In this document: piece by piece, positions 23,347 to 38,528 of the stretch
Position numbering within the stretch: position 1 is the stretch's first letter
Layout: each line of letters opens with the position of its first letter
NCBI GenBank assembly: GCA_951406725.2
Contig: OX597814.1
Coordinates: forward strand, 87,606,001 to 87,670,000
Direction of reading: 5' to 3'
Source of the DNA: Octopus vulgaris
Lineage: Eukaryota
DNA length: 64,000 bases
Notes under the pieces: model-generated
Seen by the model: the letters and a program-made list of their open reading frames with translations, nothing else
Database searches by the model: none
Told to the model about the DNA's origin: nothing
Position numbers and translations under genes: made by a program

Positions 23347-26300
23347 TCATCTTCCAGGGACCCGACGCACAAACAGAAACGGGGCTTCAAGCCAACACAC
23401 AAACCTGAATAAAAATAAAAATAGAAACACACCATGCTGTAGTAATGCTGGTCCAGTCTTTTCAGGAAGACACAAAAACAACAACAACAAAAGTGGAAAC
23501 TACAACCCTATCCAACAGTGCAACCACACCTCCAGCCAAAAACTGCTCCCTAAGCAGGAAAATTCTTTTTAGCCATGTTGAACATGGCAAAAGAGATACA
23601 CAAAAACATTCTAGCCATCACTCAACACCATCCTATGCTATTACCCCAGTGCACCAATTCCCCACATTGCTGCCACTAACACACACAAAAAATCCAAGCC
23701 CCCTGCAACAGTCAAAACCAGCCACTACACTAACCTCCACATTCCTACTCAATGCACAAGGTGTCAGCCCTTCCATCAATGCACAAAAATGGAAGGTCCA
23801 ATTCATTGAAGACTGGGTTGGTAACCATTCACACCACATCCCTTTCTTCATTCTCACTGAGACCCACCTTGACAACTCCCACTTGGAAGCCGAAGTGAGA
23901 GTGAAGAATTTCACAACCATCCGCGCGGATCGTATCGGCAGGAGGAAGGGTGGAACTGCCATTTTCCTGCATGATTCATTTACGGCAGATGGAAATAGTA
24001 TATTCTCCAACGGCTACTGTGAATCAGTCACCGTGCACAACAAAGCCAATGACCTGACAGTAATTGGGCTCTATAGGCCGCCCCAAACACCCATACTGTG
24101 CTTTAAAGAATGCCTCAACAGCATTAAGTGCTTTATTCAACAGTGCCATTCTAGCAACATACTCATGATGGGAGACTTCAATCTACCCTGTGTTGACTGG
24201 ACTACAAACTGTTTGAAACCAAGCACTCCCGCCTCAACCGCTGACAAAGAAGCAGCAGAGTCACTTTTCGACTTTACGAATGAGTTTTTCTTGTCCCAAC
24301 TTGTCCTTGCACCAACAAGACATCAGAACATTTTGGACCTAGTGTTTAGTAACCACACTAACACTATACATAACGTTACAGTGGAAAAAACCCTTCTTTC
24401 AGACCATGACATGGTTCTCTGTAACATGAAATTCCACCAGCCGAAAGCTAATCCTAGTGACCTTCCTCCAGCCCACCCATTTGACAACATGGATCTCCAT
24501 AATGCCAACTGGGATGCAATCAGGAACGAGCTATCACATGTTGACTGGTCCTTTACACATACACACATCTCCACCAACCATAAAACATCTTGGCAGATCT
24601 TTGTAGACACCGTCACAGACATATGTGCAAAACACTCCCCACCAAGACCTGTGAACAAAAAGTGCAGAATCCCCCAAAACAGAAAAACCATTATCAGAAA
24701 AATAAAAAGAACAAACAAAAAAATTAACAAACTAAAGTACTGCCAACAGCAACACACACATTCGACGGCTATCGCACTGCTTGAACCCAAAAAATATAAC
24801 CTCCAACAATGCATGAAGACCCTCATCAATAACCAAAGATCAGCTGAGGAGAAGTGGGCCATTGAAAAAATCAAACTCAACCCCAAAGTGTTCTTTTCAT
24901 TTGCGAGGAAACGCAGGGTCACTGTCTCCACTGTAGGCCCTCTAATTGACGAAACTGGCACTCTCCAAGATAATGCCAAATCCATGGCCGAGATACTGCA
25001 GAAACAATACTGCTCTGTTTTCAGCAATCCTGATATGGCCGATCTGGGCTGTATCAGTGATGTCAACCCCCAACACACTATATCGGACATAACGTTTAGT
25101 GCCCCTGATGTCTTAGCGGCGATAAACGAAATAAAACACAATTCAGCAGTAGGCCCCGATAGGTTCCCTGCTTGTGTCCTGAAGGTGTGTCGACACCAAC
25201 TTGCATCTCCCCTTGCTAATCTGTGGAGAAACTCACTGGATGCTGGCTATATTCCAAAAACCTTCTGTCCCAGTCTGTTGTCCCAGTTTTCAAAAAAAGG
25301 GAAACAAGTCCCTTGCAGTGAATTACCGTCCGATCTCACTCACCTCTCATATCATCAAGGTATTTGAGAGGGTGGTGAGATCTCGAATAACCCAATTTCT
25401 GGAAAGCAACAGACGGCTGATCTCCAACCAACATGGGTTCCGTAATGGAAGGGACTGCCTAACGCAGCTCCTGCATCACTTTGAGGACATTTTGAGAGCT
25501 TTGGGAGAGGGCTCCAACACCGATGTCATCTACCTTGATTTCAGTAAGGCCTTCGACAGGGTCGATCACAAGATCCTATTGAAAAAACTATCCAACATTG
25601 GTGTCTCTGGAAAGTTACTGAAATGGATCAAGTGTTTCCTGACAGACAGATCTCAACATGTTGTAGTTGAAGGGGTAAAATCAAGCCCAGCCAAAGTCAG
25701 TAGTGGCGTTCCGCAAGGCACTGTGCTGGGCCCACTTCTTTTCATCATTTACATTAATGACATTAATGACATCATCAAGCACAGCAACATAAAAATCTTT
25801 GCAGATGACTCCAAGCTACAGAAGGTCATAAATGAGGCGAGTGACCGGACATGCCTTCAGTCAGATCTACTGGCTGTTATCCAATGGGCAGAAAAAAACA
25901 ATATGCTGCTGAACGAGGATAAATTTGAGCTAATCCACTTTGGAAAAGAGGATGCCCTGAAACTCCCATACTCCCTTCCTTCAGGTGAAACTCTCGCGGC
26001 GTCCAACAACATCAGAGACTTGGGAGTAATTGTGGACAACAACATAAGCTGGGCCACTCATATAAACACCAAAGTTGACATGGCCCGCAGAATGTGTTCC
26101 TGGATTCTCAGAACTTTCCAGTCGAGAGATATCCACACCATTATCCTTCTCTTCTCCACTTTTGCCCGACCCCACCTTGAATACTGTTGTCCACTGTGGT
26201 CTCCCCACACAATACAAGGTATCATAAAAGTTGAAGCACCTCAAAGGGCAATCACAAAAAAGATAGATGGCATGACAGGCCTCGACTATTGGGGTCGACT

Positions 26301-26767
26301 AGAAAAGCTAAAACTCTATTCTCTCCAACGTCGTCGTGAGCGCTACATCATCTGCATGATGTGGAAAATATTCCATCAGCATTGCCCAAATGATGTTGGC
26401 ATCACCTTTAAGGTACATCCAAGGCTTGGGCCCCGTGCCATCCGCCCAAAACAAAAATCGCACTCTCATCTCATAACAACAATACGGCACAATTATTTCA
26501 CCTCAATTGGCCCCGCTCTCTTTAACATTACACCAAAACACATTAAAACAGAAACTGACCCTATAGGGTTCAAGAAGTCTTTGGACAGATTCCTTCAAGA
26601 AATCCCGGATAAACCCCCTACACCCGGATATGTCTCTGTAAACAATAACTCTCTACTTGAGTGGGCCATAGTGCCCAAATTCTGACTTGAAAGACTTCAC
26701 CAGGTGGTGCTATTAAGTTAGACATGGCCTGGGCCAATAATGGCCGAAACCTATCAAAGTATCAAAG
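23347..26767 (+). mobile_element. CR1-group LINE, 5'-truncated, with essentially complete ORF2 (APE endonuclease plus RT), frameshifted near 25265-25298
   Basis: APE motifs LLNAQG, LTETHL, GGTAIF, YRPP, GDFN, LDLVF, SDH; RT motifs NYRPISLTS, QHGFR, YLDFSKAFDRVDH, GVPQGTVLGPLLF, FADD, RDLGV, RPHLEYC; 3' tail (TATCAAAG)2 runs into (TA)n. Confidence 0.95.
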
Positions 26768-26798
<31 letters not shown>

Positions 26799-26828
26799 AT
26801 ACATATACATATACATACATATATATAT

Positions 26829-27204
26829 GGATGGAAGCACTCCGTCGGTTACGACGACAAGGGTTCCGGTTGATCCGAATCAACGGAACAGCCTGCTCGT
26901 GAAATTAACGTGTAAGTGGCTGAGCACTCCACAGACACGTGTACCCTTAACGTAGTTCTCGGGGATATTCAGCGTGACACAGAAAGTGACAAGGCCGGCC
27001 CTTTGAAATACAGGTACAACAGAAACAGGAAGTAAGAGTGAGAGAAAATTGTGGTGAAAGAGTACAGCAGGGATCACCACCATCCCCTGCTGGAGCCTCG
27101 TGGAGCTTTAAGTGTTTTCGCTCAATAAACACTCACAACGCCTGGTCTGGGAATCGAAACCGCGATCCTATGACCGCGAGTCCACTGGGCCATTGCGCCT
27201 CCAC
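26829..27204 (-). mobile_element. tRNA-derived SINE
   Basis: Minus-strand head GGCGCAATGGCCCAGTGG (A box) ...GGTTTCGATTCCC (B box); inserted in a TA/TACA repeat. Confidence 0.85.
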
Positions 27205-27600
27205 TACATATATATATATATACATATACATATATATACATATACATATATATATATACATACATACATATATATATACATACATATATATATACACATA
27301 CATACATATATATATACATACATATATATATACATACATATATATATACATACATATATACATACATACATATATACATACATATATACATACATACATA
27401 TATACATACATACATATATATACATATATATATACACATATATACACATATACATACATACATATACATACATATATACACATATACATACATACATATA
27501 CACACATATACATACATACATATACACACATATACATACATACATACATATATATACATATATATATACATATATATCCATATATACATATACATATATA
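27205..27600. repeat. Compound (TA)/(TACA) microsatellite
   Basis: About 400 bp of TA/TACA units; source of spurious I/Y/H/T ORFs. Similar tracts at 270-430, 20638-20717, 22580-22675, 23133-23346, 31160-31213, 55840-55872 and 56730-56764. Confidence 0.95.
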
Positions 27601-28260
27601 TGACCTGGGATGAAGTGGTGAAGCACAACCTTCAAACTTTAGGCCTCACCAAGGAAATGACTAGTGACCAAGACCTTTGGAAATATGCCGTGCGTGAGAA
27701 GACCCGGCAAGCCAAATGAAACCATAATCTCATGGCCTATGCCAGTGGCGTAACCAGCCCACTTATGCATACCTTTTCCTTCTTTGGACACTAAAACTCT
27801 GCTTGCGAAGACCTGTTGAAGCAAGTGAAATCAATCAAAAGCAAAATCAAAATCAAATTCGATGACTGGCGTCCGTGCTAGCAGGGTGCATAGAGCACCA
27901 TATGAGCGTAATCGTTGCCAGAGCAGCCAACTGGCTTCTGTGCCAATGACACGTAAAAGGGCACCATTCGAGCGTGACCGTTACCAACGTCACCTTACTG
28001 GCACCTGTGCTGGTGGCATGTGTAAAAGGATTTGAGCGAGGTTGTTGCCAGTACCGGCTGACTGGCCCCCGTACCGGTGGCATGTAAAAAGCACCCACTA
28101 CACTCTCGGAGTGGTTGGCGTTAGGAAGTGCATCCAGCTGTAGAAACTCTGCCAAATCAAGATTAGAGCCTGGTGCAGCTATCTGGTTCACCAGCCCTCA
28201 GTCAAAATCGTCCAACCCATGCTAGCATGGAAAGCGGACATTAAACGATGATGATGATGA
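27601..28260 (+). mobile_element. RTE LINE 3' end (ORF C-terminus, 3'UTR, (GAT)n tail)
   Basis: [38 protein letters not shown] followed by a 3'UTR ending ATTAAACGATGATGATGATGA. Confidence 0.85.
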
Positions 28261-28396
28261 TATACATGCATATATATACATATATACATACAAATATATA
28301 CATATACATACATATATATACACATATACATATATATAGATGTACACATGCATATATATATATATATATATATACACACATGCATATGTGCATGTA

Positions 28397-29152
28397 TAGT
28401 CTTCGTGTGAATGTGACCTGGGCGTTATTGTCAATAGCGATTTGCGTTGGACAAAACACATCGCTAAAATTGCCAAGAAGTCTAGGGTGTCTTGGAATCA
28501 CTCACCATGTCCTTTGTGAGCCGCTCTCCGGCTATCTATCTGCGGTTTTATATAGCTATGGTACGACCTCACCTGGAATTTGCATCACCAGTCTGGACCC
28601 CCTATCTTGCCCAGGATATTAATCATCTGGAAGCCGTTTAGCGACGTGCAACCAAGAGAATACCCTCCATCAGGTATTTACCATATTCTGAACACCTTAC
28701 TTCCCTGGGCATGGTCACATTGAAACTCCAACGTCTGGCAGCTGACTTGGCAGATAACCATAAAATTATTAACCATCTTACAAACAATAACTCTGAGCAC
28801 CTTTTCAAACTCCACCTGTCTAACACCCGTGGATATGTTTACAAAGTCAGAAAACAGCACAGCTCCCATGACTTTCGGAAACATTTTTTCATGCTAAGAG
28901 TTGCTGAAGCATAGAACAGACTGCCGGCATCAGTTGTTAGAGCACTGCATCCTTCAAAACTTCCATGCTTCCTGAGATTCGCCAACACTACACCTGATTT
29001 TCTCCCCTCCATACACACGCAAGCATGTATGTATCTGACTCATACACTGTTCGCTTTCCAGACATTTGTACATTACTGCATATACTTTATATGCACTTTT
29101 TGACAAGTTGTGGTGCACCTGAGCACTGTATACAATAATTTCATTATTATTA
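28397..29152 (+). mobile_element. CR1-group LINE 3' fragment
   Basis: [61 protein letters not shown]; (ATT)n tail. Confidence 0.85.
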
Positions 29153-31164
29153 TATATATATATATACAACAAAAGAGAATAGTTCTGGGTTAATTTGTTC
29201 AACTAAACCTTTCAAAGCCATGTCTTAGCATGGCTGAAGTCCAATAACTGAAACAAGTAAAAAAATAAGAGACAAAAAAATGACACATAAAAGAAAAAGA
29301 AAAAATTAAACACAAAAAGATAAAAATCAACACAAAAAATAGCTGAAAATATTTTAATGGAAAAATTTATTTTATTTTTTTTTTAGTTGATGATAATTTG
29401 TTTGTTTGCATGTATTAGTTGAAAATATTTTCAACTGCGATTGCATGTCAATTAAACTGACACTTGATTTGTCAAGACGTTCCCGAATTGGATAAACTTC
29501 AAATTAAGGATTTGAAGACTCTCATTAACCAACAAGTATGAATTTGCTTTTATAGAATGAAGCCAACGATAATAAAATCTACAAAAATATTTCTGATAGG
29601 GAGGAAAAAAATAAGAGCAGCATATTTTCATATTTTTTCGTTGGACTCACTATGTACCAGTTCTTCCTGTTTTGACACACAAACTTCGCATTTAAAAAAA
29701 TATTACAAATATAGAATATAAAAATTAGAAATATTTACAATTAAAAGACATTTAACATATGCACAAACATAAAAAGATGTATATATTTCATATTAGGGAT
29801 GCTAAAAATGCCTGAAATTTTGTCTATAGCAAAATGATAAAATTGCTAAAGCATTGAAAAATAAGTACATTTAAATATTGTTTTATTTATAATTATCTTG
29901 ATCTGTCCAGTATCACCCCAACAGTACAAGAGTTGTAATGAACATAACTCAGTAAGAGCCATCACAGGCACTTTTAGTAAATCTTTGGCTTAAGAGACAA
30001 ATATTGTTTATACTAGTGTGTAACCATACCATCATTAATGACAAGTTTATTGTATATTCATTTTCACTGATTGGTCTGGAGGAAGTGGCAGTGCTCACAG
30101 CTTTGGTAGGCCTTCCTATACCAGTGAAATTGAGGCCATAGTCATTTCTTTTGAAATGTAACAAGTCAACACTAGCATGAACTAGTGAAGGAAGAAATTG
30201 ATACACACACACAAACACATATAGTGTGTTGGAGAATGCTAGCATGATATAGTGTGGTTATGGCATAAGCCACGAGTGAGCTGAAACAGCTGTTAAGACT
30301 ATTAAATTACACATTTTGTTCATTTCATATTCTTTATTCTTGTATTTCATGTAAATATACTCATCAAGCCAAGTCAACCTTTTTTTATTTGCCTTTTAAC
30401 ATATATATACAAGTATGCATACATATGTGTGTGTGTGTGTGTATTATGTATGTGGCCATTCTGAGGTACTGCTTCAAAGGGTTTCAAAGGAATTGACCCC
30501 AATACTTATTTTTTTAAAGCCTAGTACTTATGCCAACCCTCTATTTTTGCCAAACAACTAAGTTGTGGGAACATAAACAAACCAACATTGGTTGCCAAGT
30601 GGTGGATAAACACATGCACATAGATATATACATATGCAACATGCTTCTTTCAGTTTCCATCTACTAAATTCACTCACAAGGCTTTGATTGGCCCAGTGGA
30701 ACAATGTGGTTGGGAAGCAAACTTCTTGCAACACAGCCTCAACCACATGATTTTGAATTTAGTCCCGAGGTACTGCAATTCGGGCAAGTATCTTTACCTG
30801 TAGCACTAGGGCACCCAATAGCTTGTGAGAGAATTTCATAGATGGAAAGTGTATGGAAGCTTATTGTAAATATGTGCGTGCACATGTTTGTGTGTATGCA
30901 TGCATGCATGTGTAAATGTTCACTGCTTGGTGAAAAAAGCAATGCTTTCTTATAATACCCTGTCAAAAAATAGTCTACTAAGTCTGCACTTTCAAAGACA
31001 AGTGGAATGGAACAAAAGAAAGGATTAGCGATAGGACATCAGGCTGTAAAACAATAGAAGATTCTAGAGGGCAATGTTCTGGGGAAGGACAGGAAAAACT
31101 AGTTAGTATAGGTTGGGGAGGGAGGTTAAACATAAACACATATTTCTTTAAGTGTATGTGTATG

Positions 31165-31217
<53 letters not shown>

Positions 31218-31854
31218 GACAATGACTTAAACTCTTAACCTTTGAGTCACTTATGTTTGTGCAACTTTACATGCAATTAAAAGATACATGTTGCTTTGCA
31301 ACCACATGATTTCAGTTTCAGTTTCACTATGCAACAACTTAGGCAAGTGTTTTCTACTATAGCCCCAGACCAACCAATATCTTGTGTGAATTGGTAAAAA
31401 CTGTGATGAAGCCTGTCATATATATATACACACACACATACACATATATACATACATGTATGCATATGTGTGTCTTCATGTTTGTCCCTTCATCACTTGA
31501 CAACCTGTATTAGTTTATTCATGTTACCATAACTTAACAGTTCAGCAAAAATAGTCTGATAGAATAAGTACCTGATTTGGAAGAAAAACATAAGTACTTG
31601 GGCTGATTTATTTAACTAAACCCTTCAAAGCAGTGCTCCAGCATGGCTACTTCCCAATAACTGAAATATGTAAAAAGAAAAAAATTATACATGCCATACT
31701 CATATAATTCCCAAAGCCATGCATACATTGGTCAGACAAACTGTACTGATGATGGATGACATCATTAATGTGACTAGTAACCTTGATTTTACATAGTGTA
31801 CAGACAATGCGAAAGAAAGGGAAAAGATACAAGCAAACACACATACATACATTA

Positions 31855-31885
<31 letters not shown>

Positions 31886-34800
31886 CTTTGTGATATTGAC
31901 TGTACAAGACATATCTACTTTTCATTCCCATCGTACTCTTTCTCCTTTCAGCCCCCACCACTCCTAGCATCCTAAGCTCTGTTGCCTGGGTTACATAAAT
32001 CTCCATCATACCCCCTGCCATCACAGTCATGTTGCTTTGCCTTGAATATATACACCTTGCTTAGAATACAGTATACTTCTATGACTCAATGTCTATCATA
32101 CATCCCTCTCAATGTTATTATTTATGCCTCTATCACTCATGCTTCTCACCTAGTAAAAAGCCTAAGAGCAAGCAGAGAAGTGATGTTGTGAGTCTCTTTA
32201 GTCATGTCAAAAACATGGCTAACTCTCCAGTGCTAGTGCCATAAAATAAGCACCCAGTATACTCTGTAATTGCTTGCGGTTTAGACAAGCTACTAGCAGT
32301 AGATATCAAGTCAAAAATGTAACAAGTATAAGATAAGCCATACCTTGAATATACACTGACTTTGAATAAAATGAGCAGTTCAACCCCTGCCAGGAGTTAT
32401 ATATATATATATATATACCTACACACGTGTGACTGCATATGATATGATAGTTGGAAATGAACAAATTGTTTGTTTCCAATCTTCTGTATGAACCAAAAAT
32501 GGCCATGGGGTATATTACATGAAAACAGGTGAGGGTAGGCACAAGAGGAAGGGCAATCAGCTGTAAGAACAGCATAGAAAATATATGTTGTCATCATCAT
32601 AAATGATATATATATTATCATCACCATTTTAATGTCCATTTTTCCCATGCTGTCATGGATGAAACAGAAATTATTGAGACAGATTTTCAAGGCTGGATGC
32701 TCTTCCTGTTACCAAACCTCACCTGTTTCCAAGTAGAGTAATATTTTCTGATGACTAAGCATGTTTTCACAGAATATTAGAATTGAATGACACAGCTTAT
32801 GAATGATACTATCACAAGTTTAAATTAAGTGAATATCCATTTCTTCTTAAAAAGTCTTCATATAATTTAAACTTGTGTTATATGATATATATTTGCTAAT
32901 GCCTATCTACTTCATATACATGTACACACAATATTGCACTTACTGAGCATCAAACCCCAGAAACAGCTGTAAAGAATGTTTTGTTTCCCTATCTTTTATC
33001 TATGAGATTTGAGTATGAACTCTTGAAGAATAACTATGAAGGACTGCTCAGATCCTCTTCTCTTTTTATTTCTGATATAGTATAAACTTTCAGGATACAT
33101 ATCTATATATGAAGAATTACTATGAACTCTTGCCTTCTTGTTTTCCTGTCTTTCTGCTCCATTTATATGTATATTTTTATACTCACTTCTGTATAACTAT
33201 TTTATAAATGCTTTGATGCCATTAACCACCTGTCCATTTGTAATTTTACTATAGTAAATATATATTCACACACACAAACACAGACTTGGAGTATTCATAA
33301 AAATATATATGTGAGTTTTATAAACTTTTATTTGAAAATTTTAATTTCCATCACAGAGGTTATGTGAATTGGATATACTGTGTTTCCTATGTAATTTTTA
33401 TTAATACATAACATATTTATGTTGAATTGTAATAATATATAAGCTGGAATTTGGAGTATGTACATTTATGTTTTGTGGATACAAACATTGTTTGTTTTTC
33501 TTTGAGATGTCTGTGTGTCAAAATCACAATCTCCACTAAGGGAAATTCTCTGGTTATGATAGATTGAATTTAATATCTAATTATCTTTGCCTTTTGTTAA
33601 TATGAGATGGTTACTTTCATGCTGCTTTGTTGGGTTTTACAGGGACTATACACATTCTTAGGTCATTTGTAACATCTGGGGGAGTTAGTCATAGGGTTAG
33701 ATATAATTTTATTCATACTGTCTGTAAATAACCATAGTTTAGCATGTTAAATTACAGTTATAAGTTATAAATTTTATCTGTGCATATGGCTGGCTGTTAA
33801 TACATGCTGCTGATAAGGCCTGATTAGGATGAAATGCATTTGGCATTCTTGCTAGCTTTGCTACTGGGACAATTTTCATCCACCTTCAATATATATTGGG
33901 TTTTTAAGCACAGTACATTCATAAGAGATATTATCTTAGGACAAATACGATAGTAAGTTACCTTTTAATGGTGTATATACATTAAGTATGATACATAGAT
34001 AGCTATATACCTTTTAGTTGTTTCAGTCATTGGACTGAGGCCATGCTGGGGCACCACCTTGAAGTTTTAGTTGAATGTATTGACCTTAGTGCTAATTTTT
34101 TTTTCTAAAGCCTGCCACTTACTCTATTGCTCACTTTTGCCAAACTGCTAAGTAGTGGGGATGTAACCAAACAAACACCAATTGTCAAGCAGCAGTGGGG
34201 GACAAAGACACATACACATATAAGACAGATTTCTTTCAGTTTCCCTCTACCAAATCCACTTATAAAACTTTGGTTGACCAGAGACTTTAGTAGAACACAC
34301 TTGTCCAACATACCACGCAATGGGAGTGAACCTGAAACCAAGTGGTTGGGAAGCAAATCACACAGCAATGTCTATATGTATATCTTTTGTTTTTATGAGT
34401 TTTTTCATGCTAGCATATGTAATATATATATTTATATACACACGTATGTGTGTGTATGTGTATATATGTATTATATATATAATATAATATATATATAATA
34501 TAAAACCTATATGAGAACTATATGAGAACATATGAGAATTATATGAGAACATGTATGTTTGTTTTGGAGATGGTAATAAGACAGCTGGAAAGATAGAGAT
34601 AGAGAGAGTAGGGTCGAGAGGGCACAGTAAATTTTAATCATGTGACTGCAATTCTAATCTCTGTTGAAACCACCTTCCACTTTGTTATGCAGAAGAAAGA
34701 CACCCAACTTGCAAATAACTATAAGTTATATCTGTGAGCTAATCGTAAAGCATTTAAACTATATAGCTGAATTAATTTAACTTTCTAAGAACCTTATGAC

Positions 34801-35937
34801 TGTTCACATTACACATTAAAATGATTTGGAGTTAGAATAATCATATACCTAAATAATTATTGCCCCTCCAAAGCATATCACGTTTGTCGTAAATGTTCAT
34901 GTTTCTTTTTAGACTTTTAGTTAACCCTTGTTTCATATGTTCTTAGTAATATTAAAATTTCCTTTCATAAATCTCAAGTTACTCTAGTAGTCGTGAAAAA
35001 ATTAGAAATGTGTGTCATACATGATGCACAGAACAATACCTAGGACAGGTAATTAGTTAACTAATCAGGCCAAAATTTTCTACCTGTATAATTTTCAAAC
35101 TGGTCAGATGCGACCTCTCATAACAACCCTGCAATATCATTCTAAAACTAACAATCAACTCATCAAAATCTCAAAGTTAATAATGCATGATTAATTCAAA
35201 ACAATGTGAACAAAAAAGCATTACTTTTGGGAGAATAATGCAAATGCTAAAGGGTTAATGAAGGTACATGATAAAATTATACAAATCTGCCAAATTTACA
35301 ATTTTAATTAGTGTATGTGACTTCTTATTTCTTTGAGAGATTTAAAAGTATGCTTCACTTTGTAAACTATGTCTCATTCTAGTTTGTAATATCTGAAACC
35401 AATATCTTAAAATTTGATTATGGCATGACACATCTGATATGAAAAGATTTGTTTTGACTAGTAAAAGTACAACACTAACTTTTCAGACAATGATGGTCTG
35501 GAACCTTTTATAATCCACATTAATTTAGGAGCAGGAAATTCAAATTCCTATGGCCAACAGACTAATCTATTCATTCCTTGCAGAATACAGTATTAAAAAA
35601 CTTTATCATTTATACTAATGTACAAGTGACTTTTATGTCATTTAATAATGACCATCCCAGGTTCAGAAAAATCATGATCCAGAAAGGCTTTGGAACAAAA
35701 GGTTAAAAAAAATTGATATTGTATCTGTACTAGGAATCTAGTTCATAAGTAGTTTTATATTATTAAAAACAGAATAATGGATGGCACAAGCTAAGAAAAA
35801 AAGCTTAAGGTAAGTGTTTAAAGAGCTAACATGAACAATTTTACATAAAAAAAAAATTGTGTCTTAAAAAAATAATGTGTATTGTGTCTATTTTTGTTTG
35901 TAAATTTAACATATTGATTGATTGAAAATTACATCTG

Positions 35938-35982
<45 letters not shown>

Positions 35983-36679
35983 TATAAAACAAATCACTTC
36001 TAGGCTCCAAATGATCTTTGAAAGCCAGTATTTAGCTTCAGTTTCATGGTGTGAAACTGTTGACAGACTGAATACAAGTCTATAATAGGTACCTACACTA
36101 AATAGTTAAGTGAAGTGAGTTGATATAGAATAAGGTGTTCTTCCAAGGAACACGAAATTACCCAATAGATTATCCACTTGACTATCTCACCTTTACTCAC
36201 AACACACACACACACACAGTATAATCAGGTAAAGTTCAAATGTCAAACAAGGAGTACAACAATATATGATATATGAAACAAAGTTGATCTTATATTACAA
36301 CTATAAACACTTAACAGAAGAACAAAATTGCCAGTTTCCTCAAGCTTGGGTCACCAGATGGGTTTACTTGAAGCTACAAGAAATTTCTCATTTGACAAGA
36401 TAGATCCAATGACTAGCTCTGAAAAGGCAGTAGCAATGTTGTTTAGTTAAGTCCATAAAACTGTAATATAAAATTAGTTAATTCTATTTCATATCCTGGA
36501 GCTATGTTCATCAAATCTGACTGGATATATTTAATGACCATAGCTCCAAGGAACTGTGAGATAACTGCAATATAAAATAATACATATGTATAGTTCAGAC
36601 CAAAGACAGTATATATATATATTTCTCTGTATGAATTTGAATGTCTTTAAATAAATAACATCCATAAGTTAATTTTATC

Positions 36680-36718
<39 letters not shown>

Positions 36719-38429
36719 TTGTTGGTAGTCTCTCAAGTTTGAGAAAGAGGATTCCACAATTTCTTGCTGAATAACCTGCATAGATGATTTGTTTATAGGG
36801 ATCAAATATTTGTACTGCTAGTAGCTTACTCTATCAAATCAACATTACCTGTACAGGTGCATAATGTGCCACATGTCAGAAGTTGAAATGATTGCAGAGC
36901 AACATGAAATGAAGTGTTTTGCTCAAAAACACAATGCACACCACAAGATCATGAGTGCAGGAACCTAACTACTAGACCACAAGCCATATTTGATAGTATA
37001 TCAAGTCAAACTCAGCAGTGGAGAGTGCTTTATCATAATATAATGGGAGAAGAGAAAATGCATGTGTGTATTGAATTGGCTCATGATAATGAATTGTAAA
37101 ACATGACTAGATTTTTGTAATACACTGATGGAGTATATTAACAAAACATACTTCAGTATTATTAGTTTGAGTTCGAAGGAAGTGAAATGATCACAGTATA
37201 ACAAAGTTTGTAAGTCATTGATTAGATAGCTTCTAGATGGTATTTGAAACATTGCAAATTTATGTAAAGCAAGCAATTTCAAATACTGAAATGTTTGAGA
37301 AACAATATAAAATTCTTGTTTTGATAAAACCATTTTTTCATATTCCATAAGAGCATTAGAAATTAATCAAGGCACTTCATGACAGAATTAAATTAAATTT
37401 TCTTTTAAAACTTGATAAAGTTTTATATAAGCAATATATTCCAATATAAAACTTATTATTGGCTGGAGTTTGTATGAGTAGATTCAAAGAATTTTCTCAA
37501 AAGGTTTGATGAGGAAAACTTATTTTTAAGAGATTTAAAAATAAGACTTTGTAGAGCAATTCTCTGATTTGAGCATTTTCCATTTACAATTATTCCCCCT
37601 TCTAACTGTAGTGAAGAGAATCAAATGACAATAGCAACTTCTTTTGACTGAAGACGAAATTAATTTCTCTGGATACATAGAATCCATCTTAGTCTGTGAC
37701 TGATATTCAGATGGATTGAAAGACAAAACTGTACCCCTCTCCCACACCACCAACTATACTGTAAACTTAAAACAGTGTGGAACTGCCCTAATTACACAGA
37801 AGAATTCAATTTGGGATTGCCTTTATCATCTTCACTACCTTTGTGTCAATAACATGGATGATTAATAAAATTAAAGCCATAAACTGAAACAATTATTGTT
37901 ATCAATGAATACAAACAGTGAAAGCCAGTTTCCTCAGGTGAGTAACTGGTTCTCATAGATATTTTTAAGGATGGTTACAATGTAAAAAACAAAATAAAAA
38001 TCCTATGTTGTAAGATGAAATGAATTACAAAACTGTAGATATTTTGGCATATAATGTGTCAAAATGAAGAACTGGTCATAAAAGCAATTGACTCAAAAAG
38101 TTACTGGTCCCAAATACTACACTTTGATAAAATTCATTCAAGCTTTGGTAGTTTTCATGTTGGTCAACAGTTGAATAAACAAATGCTTTTCTGATGATCA
38201 AACTCTGATTCAGACTGTCAATTATATTAACAGCAAAAATATTAGTAGTACCATTGGATATATATACAGAAGAGAATGATGAAATTCATCTTGGCTTTGG
38301 TTTTTAAGTTAATGGTCAGTTTATGAGTTGAACATTTGTTTGAGATTTACAATATATATAATAATGCATTTTTTGGACTTTGGAATAGAGTATTTTGGTC
38401 ACAATCAAATTTCATTCATTATGTTGCAT

Positions 38430-38528
38430 TTAAGCTTTGATAGAAAGTATTGGCTGTGGTTTTGCTGGGTATTTGAAAAATAATGCAAACTGGAAAAGGC
38501 ATAGCAAAACACCACACATATTGGGCAT
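38430..38528 (-). CDS. SLC50A1: SWEET1 coding exon 6 (terminal)
   Basis: ttctttcag|MPNMCGVLLCLFQFALFFKYPAKPQPILSIKA*; conserved PN motif of the last helix. Confidence 0.9.
   Translation of the reverse strand: MPNMCGVLLCLFQFALFFKYPAKPQPILSIKA

Noticed and set aside
24323-25141. 272-aa minus-strand ORF (and 23633-24010)
   Set aside because: Antisense shadow of the LINE ORF2; no recognisable domain.
26725-26752. GGCCA-ATAA-TGGCC-GAAAC in the LINE 3'UTR as a hammerhead
   Set aside because: No CUGANGA core or stem III; more simply the LINE 3' recognition stem-loop.
27038-27635. Long I/Y/H/T/M/C-rich ORFs (also 265-1168, 20420-20785, 23091-23435, 28188-28501)
   Set aside because: Translations of TA/TACA microsatellites, open on both strands because the repeats lack stops.
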